Of a DNA stretch of 64,000 nucleotides, positions 36,820 to 50,929 are shown piece by piece (within the stretch, counting starts at the first letter, position 1; each line of letters starts with the position of its first letter). The DNA is taken from positions 1 to 64,000 of the forward strand of contig MU619296.1 of the NCBI GenBank assembly GCA_025201805.1, read 5' to 3'. The position numbers were made by a program, and so were the translations under genes. Source of the stretch: Parasitella parasitica NRRL 2501 (taxonomy: Eukaryota > Fungi > Mucoromycota). Under the pieces are notes generated by a model. The model saw only the letters and a list, made by a program, of their open reading frames with translations, did not search any database and was not told where the DNA came from.

Positions 36820-37044
36820 TATATCTTGTACTTGTTTGCTTTACGAGATGAAGAGAGATGAGTAAGAAGAAACGCTCAGTGTTACATAGAGTATGATAGA
36901 TACACAACTATTGACGTCACTAAATAATGAACCATTTATATTAGCTGAAGAAATACAAAAAGGAATGAGAACAGCAGAAAATTTTCGCTCGCCTCTTTTC
37001 TTTTTTCTCCTCTTAATTATTTTTTTTTTTCTCTCTCTCTCAAA

Positions 37045-38739
37045 ATGTCTGACAACTTTGACGATGATTTATACAATGTATACAATGGAGCCGGAAAGGA
37101 AGACACATACAACGACGAAGATTTGTATGGAGAAGACCCTGTAGAGTTCAAAGAGGAAGATGTGGAAGTAAAGGTAGAGGCGTCACCAGAACCAGAAAAT
37201 GACGACAATGACGACAATCAAAACGAACAACAGTCAACTCAACAGAAACATCAACAACAACAACAAGGTAATTGGGGTTATCAACCTAATGCATATCAGC
37301 AGTATATGGCAGCCTACCAAAGGAGTTTCCAACAACAAATGGTAGCCAACCCATATCAGATGCAGCAAATGATACAGAGACAAATGAGACAGCAAATGCC
37401 TCAACAGCAACAGCAACAGCAACAGCAACACTTCAACAAGTCTAAGCAGCAGTATCAACAGCACGACGATGATGATACCGGCGAGAGTAGCGATGAAAAA
37501 TTAAACAAACCAACAGCGTCCAATTCGGATGAAGGGTAAGTTTGCATCACGTTACAATTCGAATAACCTGCGGTATGTAAATGTACGTTAATTAGTAAAA
37601 TGTTCATTGGAGGACTCAATTGGGAGACAACGGATGGTAAGATAGTTTATAGTTGCAATTTACATCATTTAGTGTCCAGTATAGTATTTAGTATTAAGAT
37701 TTTTATTTTAATAATAAAAAAACAAAACATTGGTAATAGAAAACTTGCGTCAATACTTTTCACAATTTGGTGAAGTCCTTGATTGTGTTGTGATGCGCGA
37801 CCCAACAACACATCGTTCACGTGGCTTCGGTTTCTTGACAATGAAAGACAACTCAGCTATCGACAAGATTGTCAGTCAAGATCACCACAACCTAGATGGC
37901 AAAAGAGTAAGTTTTATTTGTGATGCATATGAAAATGACACTCATGTATTACATAGATTGATCCCAAGCGAGCAATTCCCCGAGACGAGCAAGACAAGAC
38001 AGAAAAGATCTTTGTGGGTGGCATCTCTCCTGAAGTCAATGAAGAAGAATTTCGTGAGTTCTTTACACAATTTGGTAAAGTATTAGATGCTACTCTCATG
38101 ATGGAGCGTGACACAGGTAGACCTCGAGGCTTTGGGTTTGTTACGTTTGAAGACAGCAAAGGCGTAGAAGAAGCTTTGAAGAACCCCAATTTATCTATCA
38201 AGGATAAAATTGTAAGTATATTTCTTATCAGCCACCCCCCCCCTCTCCCATCTTTGCGGTAAACACTTAATGCTTTTTCCATAGATTGAAGTAAAGAAAG
38301 CTATGCCAAAGGGAAAGCAAAACCGCCAACACAATGGCCCCGTATTCAATCCTAACTTCAGACCTCCCTATATGCCAAATAACAGATATAATGGGAACGG
38401 AAACTTCAATAGCATGCGTGGTAATTTCAACATGTATAACAACATGTATCCAGGTGGTAATTACAATATGGCAGCAGCCGCAGCCGCAGCCGCAGCATAT
38501 TATGGCCAACAGCAGCAACAAGGTGGAGGATACAACAATAATATGTACAACAACATGCGTCAACAGCATCATCGACAAGGTATTCTTTAGTATAAATGTC
38601 TTATTATCTTAGTACTCACACAATGCATATAGATGATAATCGAGGAGACAATAGAAGGAACTCTAGAGACCGCCACCAGAACAATGGCGCTATCCATCCT
38701 TCTCACTCCAGAAGCCAGCAGCATCATCGTCCTTATTGA
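37045..38739 (+). CDS. HRP1: Two-RRM RNA-binding protein (Hrp1/Musashi-like)
   Basis: KMFIGGLNWETTD, RSRGFGFLT, KIFVGGI and RPRGFGFVTF, with Q/N-rich termini. Confidence 0.85.
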
Positions 38740-38910
38740 GCAGATTCCATGCCATCTTTTATGACGCGTTTTCGCCGCGTTTTTTTTATTCTCGTTTGAA
38801 TTAATAAATACATGTTAGAAATTAAGGCTTTCTCCTCTTTGATTTCTTTAATTTGTAACGTAGAGTTAATTGTTATAAAGCTTTCAATTTGCTAATAAAA
38901 ATTGTAGATC

Positions 38911-40461
38911 ATGAGGGAGATTATTCATTTACAAGCAGGTATGTATTTAAACATTAGGACGTGTAATCAGAAAATGTTACTAATGTATAAACAAATATGT
39001 AATGTTACAAAAAGGACAATGTGGTAATCAGGCAAGCAAAGATTTACACTGGTAGATAACACATCAGGTATTTACTATATTTTATCTTGTATAGATTGGC
39101 CAAAAATTCTGGGAAACCATCTCACAAGAGCATGGTATTGATACCAATGGCAATTATTGTGGAGATAATGACCTTCAATTGGAACGCATCAATGTATTTT
39201 ACAATGAGGGCACTGAAGGGAAATATGTCCCAAGGTGAGAGCCTCATGCGAACTCATTTGCTCCGTTGTTACTAACTTTTTCATTAGAGCTGTATTAGTT
39301 GATCTTGAGCCTGCGACTATGGATAGCATTCGTTCCAGCCCCTATGGTAAAATATTCAGGCCTGACAACTTTGTAAACGCTCAGTCAGGTGCTGGCAACT
39401 CTTGGGCCAAGGGCTATTACACTGAGGGCGCTGAATTAGTCGAAACTATTATGGATGTTGTCCGTAAAGAGGCAGAAAACACTGATTGCTTGCAAGGTTT
39501 CCAGTTGGCACACTCTCTTGGTGGTGGTACTGGCTCTGGCCTTGGATCCCTCTTGCTCTCAAAGATTCGCGAAGAATACCCTGATCGAATTTTGAGCACC
39601 TACTCTGTTTTACCCTCTCCCAAGGTTTCTGACACTGTAGTTGAGCCTTACAATGCTGTATTATCAGTCCATCAGCTCGTTGAAAACTGCGATGCTACTT
39701 TCTGTATTGACAATGAAGCTCTTTATGATATTTGCTTCAGGACTCTTAAATTGACCAATCCTGGATATGGTGATCTGAATCAACTCGTTTCTGCTGTCAT
39801 GTCTGGTGTCTCTACTAGTTTACGTTTCCCTGGCCAATTGAACAGTGATTTACGCAAGCTTTGTGTAAACATGGTCCCTTTTCCTCGTCTTCATTTCTTC
39901 ATGGTTGGCATTGCTCCTTTAACCGCTTTTGCTTCTCAGCAATATCGCAATTTAAGTGTTCCAGAGTTAACTGCTCAAATGTTTGATGCTCGTAATATGA
40001 TGGCTGCATCTGATCCTCGACATGGCCGCTACTTGACTGCTGCTACCATCTTCCGTGGCCGTCTGTCCACTAAAGAAGTCGAAAATCAAATGTTGGCTGT
40101 TCAGCAAAAGAACTCGAACTTTTTCGTAGAGTGGATTCCAAACAGTGTCAAGACATCCCTTTGCGATATTCCTCCTGTTGGTCTTGAGATGTCTGGTACC
40201 TTTATTGGAAATAGCACAGCAATCCAAGATTTGTTCAAACGTGTCAATGAACAATTTACTGCCATGTTTAGAAGAAAGGCTTTCTTGCATTGGTACACTG
40301 GAGAGGGCATGGATGAAATGGAATTCACTGAAGCTGAATCCAATATGAATGATTTGGTGTCTGAATACCAACAATACCAAGAAGCTACTATTGACGATGA
40401 AGATTACGAGGAGGAGGAATATGGAGATGAAAAGCCCGAAGATGAATATATGGAAGAGTAA
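38911..40461 (+). CDS. TUB2: Beta-tubulin (multi-exon)
   Basis: [63 protein letters not shown] and an acidic tail. Confidence 0.98.
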
Positions 40462-40853
40462 AAACGAATGAAAATAAAAGCTGTATTGCATATATATTTG
40501 TATCATGTTTATGACAATAACCATGTGGATGTAAATCAATCTTTGGTATAAATACCGTCTTGTGCAAATGCTTGAAATATAATTTTCTCGCAGGTACTGT
40601 CTACATTGCTTATTTCACTTTCTTCTTTTCCTTTGCTTTTGTGAAATTCTTCAATTCTAAAGGCCAACTTCTGAGTCAATTTTTTACTCGTCTGCATCCA
40701 CGGTACAAGACAGCTTCTCGGTTTGATCTGCACGATCAACGCATTTAGTAGAAGCAGTCCATTTCCACGGAGTTTAGTGCGAAACAAAAGCTTGCTATCC
40801 ATTATCTATTGATACATATCAAGAGGCCTCCCCTTTTTTCTGTTCAGTATTGA

Positions 40854-42243
40854 ATGATGGGTGAGTAATTGATAGGTTGATAGAGAGCTAAAACTAAAAC
40901 CAACACTAGATAATCTAACCGGCAACATAGAATACAGCCTGCAACAGTATGCAGCAATGACACAAGCTCAATTATTGAACTCTCCACATCTTGAACAACA
41001 ACAACAACAACAGCACCAGCACCAGCACCAGCACCAGCACCAGCAGCACCAGCAGCACCAGCATCAACCACAGCATCCAAACGAAGAGAGGCAACAAAGT
41101 ACTACACATTTAGAAGATCCGAATGCTACTTTTAATTTAGCTTATCAACCATTTCCTTTGATTCGTATGGCTCCTCCGCACCTGCATCAACCTACGTTGG
41201 CAAAGGAACTTACTCCTAGTTGTTCCCCTTCAACTAGTTTGAACGTTACCATGAACGATAAAACGGTTCGGCCTACTAGAGTCACTCGACCACCAAATGC
41301 TTATCTACTCTTTAATAAAGAAATGAGAAGGATCTTGAAAGATCAAGACCCTACAATGAAGGTTGCCGATATCAGCAAAGAAGTTGGTTTTCGTTGGAAA
41401 AACATGCCCAAGGTATGCCATTTAGAAGAATTTTAATGTAAATATTTCCTAAAAAAAACAATACTTTTCATGTAGGAACAAAAAGATCGATATGTAAATC
41501 AAGCAAACAAGTTGAAAGAGGAACAGCGAGCTTTGCATCCTAATTCAATGTACATTCGTCGTTCCAGAGCAGAGTTGCTTAAAGCTGGTCATTTCACAAA
41601 AGGAAGCGCAGATCAGGCTACAGAACCGCAACTGAAGCGTAAACGACCTAAACGAGATAAAAACAATACAACGCCCAAACACCCTTTATCCGCGTACATG
41701 TGGTATCTAACAGAAGTTAGGCCTGACGTTATGCGACAATATCCCGGTTCCAACGTTGGACAGATCAGTAAACTATGCGCTGATCAATGGAATGTGATGT
41801 CTGAAGAATCCAGGTTGCCATGGAAAACTAAGGCACAAGCAGACAAAGATCGTTACGCAAGAGAAATGCAAATATATGCAATCCAAAACGATCATGCATT
41901 GGGTCGTGGCACAAGACAGAAATACCGTTCTGCGGCTGCTGCCACTGCTGCTGCTATTCAAGCAGATACAGACGTGTTTTTAGACCCCACAAGGTCGTTG
42001 TTTTACGGCTCAGGAAAATCGCAACCGTACCTGACAGTTCCTACAAGTCCAACTTCAATTTTGCAAGCTGCATTGCCCATGACACAACATGCTTTAAACC
42101 CAAATACGTTCCTTCAACAACAGCAGCAACAACAACATGCCAACAATCCCAGTGCAAGCACATCAACATCATCAACGTCCACATCAACAAATTCCTCGAC
42201 CTCAACCACCGCAACAGCGTATAGTGATGCCCATCATTGTTAA
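40854..42243 (+). CDS. Double HMG-box protein with poly-Q/QH tract
   Basis: Micro-exon ATGATGG (40854-40860), intron to 40930, then box 1 RPPNAYLLFNKEMR..ISKEVGFRWKNM and box 2 PKHPLSAYMWYL..ISKLCADQWNVM. Confidence 0.88.
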
Positions 42244-42331
42244 CATACATGAAAATACGTGTGATATATTTGTACATAGTATACCATTCAAAAATGCATA
42301 CTTTCCTTGATACACAGACACTTTAAGCTGT

Positions 42332-43682
42332 TTATAGTACTGAAATGCAAATGATATAAGCCAAAATGCCAACCCAAGCTACATCTCCAATTGAATAAAA
42401 AATTGCCATAATATTTCGTTTTGCTGATTTGATTTGAGTATGGCGCACGCCCATCTCCTCTTTTGCCAAATGATAAGTTGCATTGCTCGAGCTGTTCTTG
42501 AACACACGTTGGTGTGCATGCCAAATCAACAGTAGTGCCAATGTAAGCACCAGCAAATAACCGTACCGTAAAAACAACCCAATTTGGTCCGGTAACCAAC
42601 ACAGACCTGCTATCAATTGACCGTTGTCGATGTATAGTGTCATGGCTCCAGGGTTCCTAACACCTTGAGCCATGCTAAAGGTTGGCACAGTTATCTCAAT
42701 AGCAGTGTGGTTATTACCAAACTGATGGACGACTTTGCAATAGTCGTGGTCGTCACCTGAAAACACAGCAACCGGATCAACCTTGTTCAAGATGAAGCGT
42801 GTCAGATCTTCTTCGACCAAGTTTTGATACTGATAGCCTGCTCTATTGGCAATAGTCTGTGAAGCTGACTGTCGATGGGGCCCGCATGTCTGATCAGGGG
42901 ATCGGAACAAGGGAACGTGCGTCATAAGAATCTTTGGCCTTGCTGCAATGGATGTGTTGGCGCCAAGAGATTCCAGCATGCTCAATGAATCAGCGCGTAT
43001 AATTGGATCCCTGGAGCTGAGTGACACGGTGTCCAGGATAACGAAAACAAAGCCGTATTTCTCAAACGTGTAGGAGGTTGGACCGAAATGTCTTTGAAAG
43101 CGCTCTAACGAATGTTTTTGTATGCCGTTGCCAAAGCCAACATCATGATTCCCAACCATATAATAAGCTTTGGAAGGAAATATACGACGAAAACGGTCTA
43201 CTTCTGCTGCATATCTACATAAAACGATGCCAATTTCAATGTCGCATCTCTTTTAAAAAGTATTGTAATATTACTTGTTATCATCCCAGTCTCTACCATT
43301 ATCCATCAAATCCCCCAAAATGACGGTATCTGTAGGCCTTATTGCACGGTGCAAACGATAGAAATTTCTCTTCATGTAAAGCTCACTGTAAAACTTTGTT
43401 AACTGCATGATAATATATGGTCTATCATAAGAATTGTCGTCTGTCATCTGAGGGTCGGCGACTAACATCAATTTGTCTTTATCCTGTATAAGTTTGTACA
43501 GTTAGGGAATTAATCAGATTTTGCTGGCTTAAACTTACAAAGGAGGGCACTTTGGCGTGATGAAAGTGCGGCCTGGAAGCGCATTTTTTGGCAGAAAGGA
43601 TGTATACAAAGTATTCATTGTTCAAAATCAATAAAATCCACGAAAGCCGCAGTAATTGAACAATTAATTTTGTTTTCATCAT
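42332..43682 (-). CDS. CDC1: Cdc1/MPPE1-like Mn-dependent metallophosphoesterase (GPI remodelling)
   Basis: LVADPQ, ILGDLMDNGR, VGNHDVGFG, MTHVPL, VFSGDDHDYC and C-terminal TMs. Confidence 0.88.
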
Positions 43683-44220
43683 TTAGAATAATAAAAAAGC
43701 AATACATGTAAAAGAAACAAACAAAAAAGAACGAAAAAAAAAAAATCATAATGTTTGTGCATACTATATCCATCAAGATACGAGTTATACTACTCAACTG
43801 TGTCTGTAGTCGGAGGAATAGAATAGCCAACATATTAGATAAGAAATGTCTATCGGTCTGTAATGATTAGAGTCCTTTAGTCTGAACTAAATAATAAATG
43901 TATACGTTATCTAGTTGACTTCCTGTTTTTTATACTTTTTTTCGGTGAATATCCTGTACATTAAGCATATCCCACAGTTTTTCCTGACGGCTGGTTATAA
44001 TGGAAGTTGCAGGATACAACAAAGAAATTTTTCTGCTAATGCCACCTTAGGGGGGTACTAGAAAAGGGGCCGAATCCTACTTCAAACATTTATTTTCTGG
44101 CAGGAAACGTTACACTTAATCCTGAACACAAAAAAAAAAAAAAAAAAAAAAAATCGCAGATAGACATGGCTGTGTAATGGTAAAGGATGATTGATAAAAT
44201 AAAAGAGGGAATAATTAGAA

Positions 44221-45742
44221 TTAAAGGCACGATATAAAGCCGCATGTAACAAAAGATATAACTTGTTGCCAAAAGCCCTTTTTCCGCGAAGAGTCATCAT
44301 ATTCATGGGCGCCACCAGTGGGATTGGGAGGGGAGTTAGCATTCATTGGCGGTTGAGTGCGGCCATAAGGGTTCTCTGTTAGCTGTGGTGTAGGCGCTTG
44401 CTGTTGCTGCTGAGAGGAATATGCTTCTGTAGGGTTGCGTGTCCCTATGGCTGTCTGGCGCTGTGATTGATGGCGGTTTGCTCGCTTTTCTATGCCTTTA
44501 CCATCATTCAGTAACATCCAGTCGTAGATTTCATCGTTTTCATCTCCATTGTTTTCGAGAGCTTTAGTGAATAAATCTCGCAGAAACTCATAGTCAGGTG
44601 TTTCCTCAAATCCTAGTTTACGAACGTATTGCAGATAGATACCAAATTCCTCTAATAAAATAACATACGTGCATGATTTAGAACGACGTTCAGGCGATCT
44701 TTATCACGCATCTTACTTGGAAACCCTGCACACAAATCCTTGATTGGGGTACTCTGCTTCTTTTCGCCGATTTTCTCATACTTTTGCTTGTTGGTAGCAG
44801 CTTTCAATCCTTGCCATGGCAACGAGCCTCTCAAAAAGTACATGAATACATGGCCTAGAGATTCCAAATCATCTCTTCTAGATTGCTCTCTCCCCAAATG
44901 CGTATTAATACTCATATATCTTGCTGTTCCTGAAAGACTTTTTCTTTCACGATAGGGAATATGTTGCTTTGTTTTGGGATCTCTATACTGTTTGGCCATA
45001 CCAAAATCAATCAAATACACTGTGTTTGCATCCGATGTTCCTTGGCGTCCAATTAGAAAGTTATCCGGTTTGATATCACGGTAAATCAAATTCTTTTCGT
45101 GGACTGACTGAATACGAGTAATCTTTTTGTTTTTGGGCGCATGTTAGTATCTTTGCGTTGTGATTTGGTCTTAAACAATATTTACCATATGGCGGGCTAA
45201 GGTGGCCACTGTTTTCACTCTAAATTCCCTTGAGCATGTATCAAATAAATCCTCGAGACTAGGACCAAGAAGATCAATGACGAGAATATTATGCAATCCC
45301 TCTTGACCAAAATAATACGCAGAAGGGATACCGACTATTTAAGGAGGTGGGAGGGGTTTTGGTATTTCATAATCAATTGGGACTTGAAGCAACTCACCTA
45401 TGTTGGTCAGCAGCTTGTACGCCCTGTACTCTTCCCTAAGCTTAAAGATGAATGTTAATTAGAAAATGTTTATAGTTTTTTGATACGGAACTTACTTGAG
45501 GTGCATCTGATTTTCTAGGCTCAAATTTGATTGCCACTTGAAGATTATTCAAGAGATTGGTGCCTTAAATATATGGTGAGTAATCCACCTGACAAAAAAA
45601 AAACTGCAACAAAACTACCTTCATAGATGATTCCAAAACTTCCCTCTCCCAGTTTTCTACCCACTTTATAATGAACGCCGACTACGTTTGTGCTGCTGCT
45701 AGACATGTTGCTTGGTGAACTTCGTTGTTTATTCGTTGCCAT
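44221..45742 (-). CDS. Casein kinase I (Yck/Cki-type, multi-exon)
   Basis: [57 protein letters not shown] and C-terminal cysteines. Confidence 0.95.
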
Positions 45743-46221
45743 AGCAACCTGATAATGAAAGGCAAAGAAAAGACAAAAGAAAAAGGAGAAATGCAAAATG
45801 CAATATACGTATTTAAAATATTTAATATATCTCTAATAAATACAAGAAAACTTTTATATGATAATCTAACGCGCAACTATACACTAGATGCTCGTTTTTT
45901 ACCAGAAGGAAAAAAGACAAGTGGAGAAAGAGTGGAAAAAAAAAAAGGAAAAAAGGAAAAAGAAAAAAGCCAGAATATACATTCAAAAATACACCCACAT
46001 GCATCATCTTAAGCAAACTATTGTTTTCACAAACTATTGTTTTCGCTCGCTTTCAATAGTGGATGCTTTATTTTTTATCAAAACAATAGCACATGTACGA
46101 GTTTTATAGACTTGAAACAGGTATTTTATACAGAGTTAAATAAAATATTTTGAGCGTTACAAAATGTATTTTATTACTATTTTTATAATTCAACTGATAA
46201 TGCATAGCACTGTTTATTTCT

Positions 46222-48041
46222 TCACAATTCGATTTCAGAAACTTCATACAAATAAGCACCTAATAATTGAGTACCCTTGACATAGTTGTCTCTGTCCAAC
46301 TTTTCGTTAATAGAATGAGCACCCTATTTTCAAATATCAGTAAAAAGTAAACTCACTATATTCATAAAAAAAAAAAACTTACATCGTCACCACGACCCAT
46401 TGGCAATAGCAAAACGTTCTTCTTAAGGGCTTCTTGGAACGATAAAGTGACAGGAATAGATCCACCTTCACGGGTTAAGTCAGGTTCAACACCATAGACA
46501 GTTTTTACGGCTTTTGCAGCAGCAACTAAATGCAAAAAGCGTGTTAAAATTATCAATGTGAACTATCTATTGAAGCATAACTTACCATAGTTAGGATGGT
46601 TGGGACTAGAGAGCCAGTGGTTGCCATCATGAGTAGCTTCAACTACAAAAGTATTCTTGGATCCCAATTTAGCAAATTCATCTTTACAGTACTTGACAAC
46701 CAACTTGGAGATATCCTCAGGGACCATATCAGGAACAGTACGGATAGAGAATTTACCTGTGACTTGAGCAGGAATGACGGTCTTATCTCCAGGATTATAG
46801 AAAGCACCCTCAATACCATGAAGAGAGAGAGATGGGTTTCTCCAACGGTGTTGAAGAGTTTTACGAATGGAGTCATGAATATTAATTTCATTACCAACAG
46901 CATCATGGAGCTCTTTCATCTCGAAAGCCAAGTTGTTATATGTCTTTTCTTCCTCAGCTATTATGCGGGTTACTCTTCCAAGCTGATTGAATAAGAAAAT
47001 AAAAAAAAAAACAAAGGACTTACCATCTAAAGGACGAACTTTATCACATATACCAGGAATGCAGATCGTACCATCAGGGCGAACAAGTTTGCTCATAACA
47101 GCAATAAGATCAGTCATAGGTTCATGAACAGTACCACCAAAGACACCTGAATGGAGATCAGCACGCTATATTGTATGCAAAACGAGTGAGAAACGATGGC
47201 CACGTCATGTTGTAATCCGCACAGAGTTGATGGTACTTACAGGACCCTTAACTTTCATGTGGAAGTAAGACACACCACGAAGACCATAAGTGAGACAAGG
47301 CTTAGTAGTGCCAAGCCAGTAGTTGTCAGAGATACACACGGCATCAACATTCTTAAAGTACTCGGGGGCCTCCTTGATAATGAGGTCATCCAATCCTTCA
47401 GAGCCAGACTCTTCCATACCTTCAAGACAGAATTTGAGGTTGACAGGTAGCTCAATTCCAAGAGCCTTGTGAGCGTCAACTACATTGATCCAACCAAGGA
47501 CAGGGCCTTTATCATCAGTAGAACCACGGCCGATCAAACGATGTTTTTCATCTTCAACCAATTCGAAAGGACTGGTGTTCCAACCATCCTCTAAAAGAGC
47601 CTAATGTACACACACACACATATAAATATTACACACACACACACACACACACTGCATGATGCAAACAAACTTACAGGCTGAACATCATAATGGCCATAAA
47701 CCAAAATGGTCTTCTTTTCAGGGTTGTTGCCGATAGTGGCTAAAACAACGGGAGGCAAATCCAATTCTTGGCCATGCCAGTTTTGCTTACCAAGATCACG
47801 AGTCTCGACATCGGCACCAAGGCTCTTGAGTTCATCAACTAGCCATTCAGACATGCGGAAGACGTCAGGACGATGAGCAGGATCACCGCTTACACTTGGG
47901 AGAAGCTTACGCGTTAGATGTCTCTCAATTGACATTCTTAGCACCCTTTTCAACAATTTACCTGGGAATCGCAACAGCTTTGCGAAGTCTATCGACAAAG
48001 TCGTTTTGGTGTTCATCAACAAACTTCAAGAATTTATCCAT
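46222..48041 (-). CDS. DUG1: Cys-Gly metallodipeptidase (M20 family; CNDP2)
   Basis: [59 protein letters not shown]. Confidence 0.95.
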
Positions 48042-48239
48042 TTTTCAATCAAAATAAAAAAAAAGAAAGAGAGAGAAAAAAAAGAAGTTTTAAAAATTCA
48101 CCCTAAAAAACTTTAAATAGAGCACACGCTCACACATTACTCACGCCAACATCATGATATCATGATAAAAAAGATTTCAATTTTTTGTTAAAGTCTCGAT
48201 TTTATTGAGCGAAACTTGTTATAAAGGCCACAAATGTGT

Positions 48240-48915
48240 TTTTGGTGTTTTATAGTTTTCTGGAGGAGAGGGGGTTTGGCTGGTTTTTTCTTTTGTCTTT
48301 TTTAGTCATTTGAATGTTTTTGAAATTTGCTTATGCATTATTATTTTTTTTTGGGTGAGAAGGGGTTGGTTATTGCGTAATAGCTGAGGTGGCAATGACG
48401 AGTAGAACTGGATGATCAAGAGTGGCGTGTGCGCAGAAGGTGGTGAGCATTAAATGGAGGTGGAGAGAAGTGAGAGGGGCCGAGAGATCACCCAGTTGTT
48501 CACGGTGAATATGATGCTACACAGCCAACTTTTGGGGGGGCATGAGAATAAAAAGTGGTCCAGTAAGTCAAGAGGGTGCTGATAGATAGCACAGGATGGA
48601 GAGGGAAACATCTCAGGGAGGAAACGATTGAGCAATGATTTGTGGGGGGGGGGGGGATCTTGCGATGAAGGGATCGATACCAAACAATTCGGCAGAAATG
48701 GGAAATGACTAGTGGCCAGAAATCAGACCAAGACGGGCGGGTGTTGGGGTTGGATGGAGGAGGAAGGAGCGGAAGCAGTGGGGTATTTCTACCAAAGATG
48801 CCAAAGGAATCTCGAGGCAGGACGATAGAAGGGTGAGACTTACTGAGAAGAGGTTCTACCCAGCGAAGCTGTAGTGCGCATTGTTGCAAATCCGGCCTAT
48901 AAAGGGACTTCAAGC
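48240..48915 (-). mobile_element. 5'-truncated, frameshifted LINE ORF2 3' end (RT-associated zinc-binding region plus UTR)
   Basis: ALQLRWVEPLL, WSDFWPLVISHFCRIVWYRSLHRKIP and FPSPSCAIYQHPLDLLDHFLFSCPPK (degenerate CCHC). Confidence 0.75.
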
Positions 48916-50140
48916 TAATATGTTCGTGCGAAAAACCACTGAAAAAGTCACACGATCAGGACACAAGGGCTTAGACAGATAATTATGTAAACGTTGGGAT
49001 CGAAGAAAGCAAAAGCGATGATGATCTCGAAACTGATTGTAAAAAAAAAGAATTAAATTACATCGGATGGTTCAATTGTGTGTGAAATTTACTGAAATAA
49101 TGCTTACCGATGTTTTGTTCAGGGCTGGCGCTGTGCCAGACTCTTCTCAAAATGATTGTTGAATGCGAAAGAAATGTGATACCACTAAACCATTTTCCCT
49201 GGGTAAAATGATTGTATAGGGTCACACGACAAAACTTTTATTCATGTTTATCCAAGCACAGTTTTGAATGCCACAAAATTGTGTTGATTTTGGTTGTTTT
49301 TCGCCCAAGAAAATGTCTATGGTGGAGAAGAGTGAGAATCATATCATCAATAAAATTCTTTCCGAGGAAAGCGTTTCCAAAAGATACATGACACGAGAGC
49401 AGAAATTAGTCAGATAGTCATATCGTCAAAAACCCGAATTTTCATTTTGCTGTGTTAGCTTAAATCTCGTTAACATGGACACCCTGCTTGGTGAAATTTG
49501 AATTTTAAATCAAGCCTCAAAGAAATGGTTGCAGGCATTGTTTACATGTGTACGACTGAAATGACAATTTACACCCCTTTTCGAGAAAGGGGTTCTGTAT
49601 AAATAGAGATTATGCAGACATATACTTGGGCATAATACATTTTTCTGATCAAAGCTTTTGTACAACGTTAACCTTAGAAATTATTTTGTTAATGATATTA
49701 CACTGTTAAATTGCTTCAGTTGTTGCACGAGGAGAGCCTAGGTGTACGAACACCAGTTTTTCTCAAATATTTGGCTTTTCAAGTAGCTATGGCAGTTTTA
49801 ATGGGAATCAAATGGTACAATTTTCAGTACGACAATCCTTAAAACTGATCATAAATCTTCAAAAGCCAACTTTAGGCGTAAATGAATAATTACATACATG
49901 GCCATCTTTTCATGGATTCCATCGTGTAAATAATTAAAATATACTTGCACTGCACATAATAATGTATATGCTGATTGATTCACAAACCTTGAGGGAATTT
50001 AGAATTCAGGGACATCTTTGAATATAAAAGAAGCCGAGGAAGTTATTAATTGTTTTACCAAAGAATTGGGTTCAGTGGTGCCACTGTTCAACAGTTTGTT
50101 TTTATTTGCCGTTCATAGTAAAATTTGTTTTGCTTGTGAT

Positions 50141-50929
50141 TTATTGCTTCTTGGCAGCCTCCTCAGCTTCTCTAATACGTCTACGCTTGATCATGGTATT
50201 CATATAAGTACCAAAGACTATTGCGAAAAAAAAAAAAAAAGTATTGTCAATATTGATCACACATTTTAATTTCATGAGAATTCGGCATTGACTTACCGAA
50301 AGCAACCAAGTTGAAGAAAGGAACCCAAGTAGTAGGGGCCAAAAAGTTTTGAGCAAAGGTCATGCTTAAGGGAGAAATAACCCAAGAAACCTTTTGCATA
50401 GGAAAGAGGCCATTCTTGATGTTTGCCTTTAATTGTGCGGGTGAACGAACACCAGCCATGATGGTCATAGCGGTTAAATAGACTAAGGCAATGTTAATCC
50501 AAGTCTGTTTCTGCCAAACGCTAACCATATACACTCTGCGAGATAATGCACTTACCCGAGTTCATAATAGGTGAGATGATCAAATTAGAAAAGAGAAGTT
50601 GGCCAATTCTGACGCTAGTGCCGGTCTTTCCAGCAAAGACCTTGTTCATGATTTCGTACATGAAATGGCTGAGGGGTCCAGAAACGAACAAACCTGTAAG
50701 GCGTTATCTATAATGTATCAATTTAGGTATTGGTTGACATACCATATGCGGCCATTTGAATGATTCTTTTGTCAAATTTCTTTGCACCAGACAGCTTTTG
50801 TGCTGTCAATTCTTGAAGCCCAGACAACACACCAGATGTGCATGCCTTTGTGCGAAGAGGAGAGGCAGCAAGGTTGGAGAGGTACCATGCAAGGAATACC
50901 TTTGCGTTATTTGATAAAGGAGACGACAT
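50141..50929 (-). CDS. Mpv17/PMP22-family peroxisomal membrane protein (multi-exon)
   Basis: YLSNLAASPLRTKACTSGVL..LQELTAQ, GLFVSGPLSHFMY and WVPFFNLVAF. Confidence 0.88.

Noticed and set aside
40949-40960. uORF (ATG CAG CAA TGA) overlapping the HMG start
   Set aside because: An upstream micro-exon at 40854 splices in frame, so this ATG is an internal out-of-frame triplet.
40854-42243. Mucorales sex locus (sexP/sexM)
   Set aside because: It has two HMG boxes and introns, and is flanked by beta-tubulin and CDC1 rather than the triose-phosphate transporter and RNA helicase genes.
49573-49593. ACCCCTTT-TCGAG-AAAGGGGT hairpin as a terminator or TE end
   Set aside because: A single 8-bp stem in probable TE debris with no matching terminus identified. 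Bacterial terminators do not apply here.
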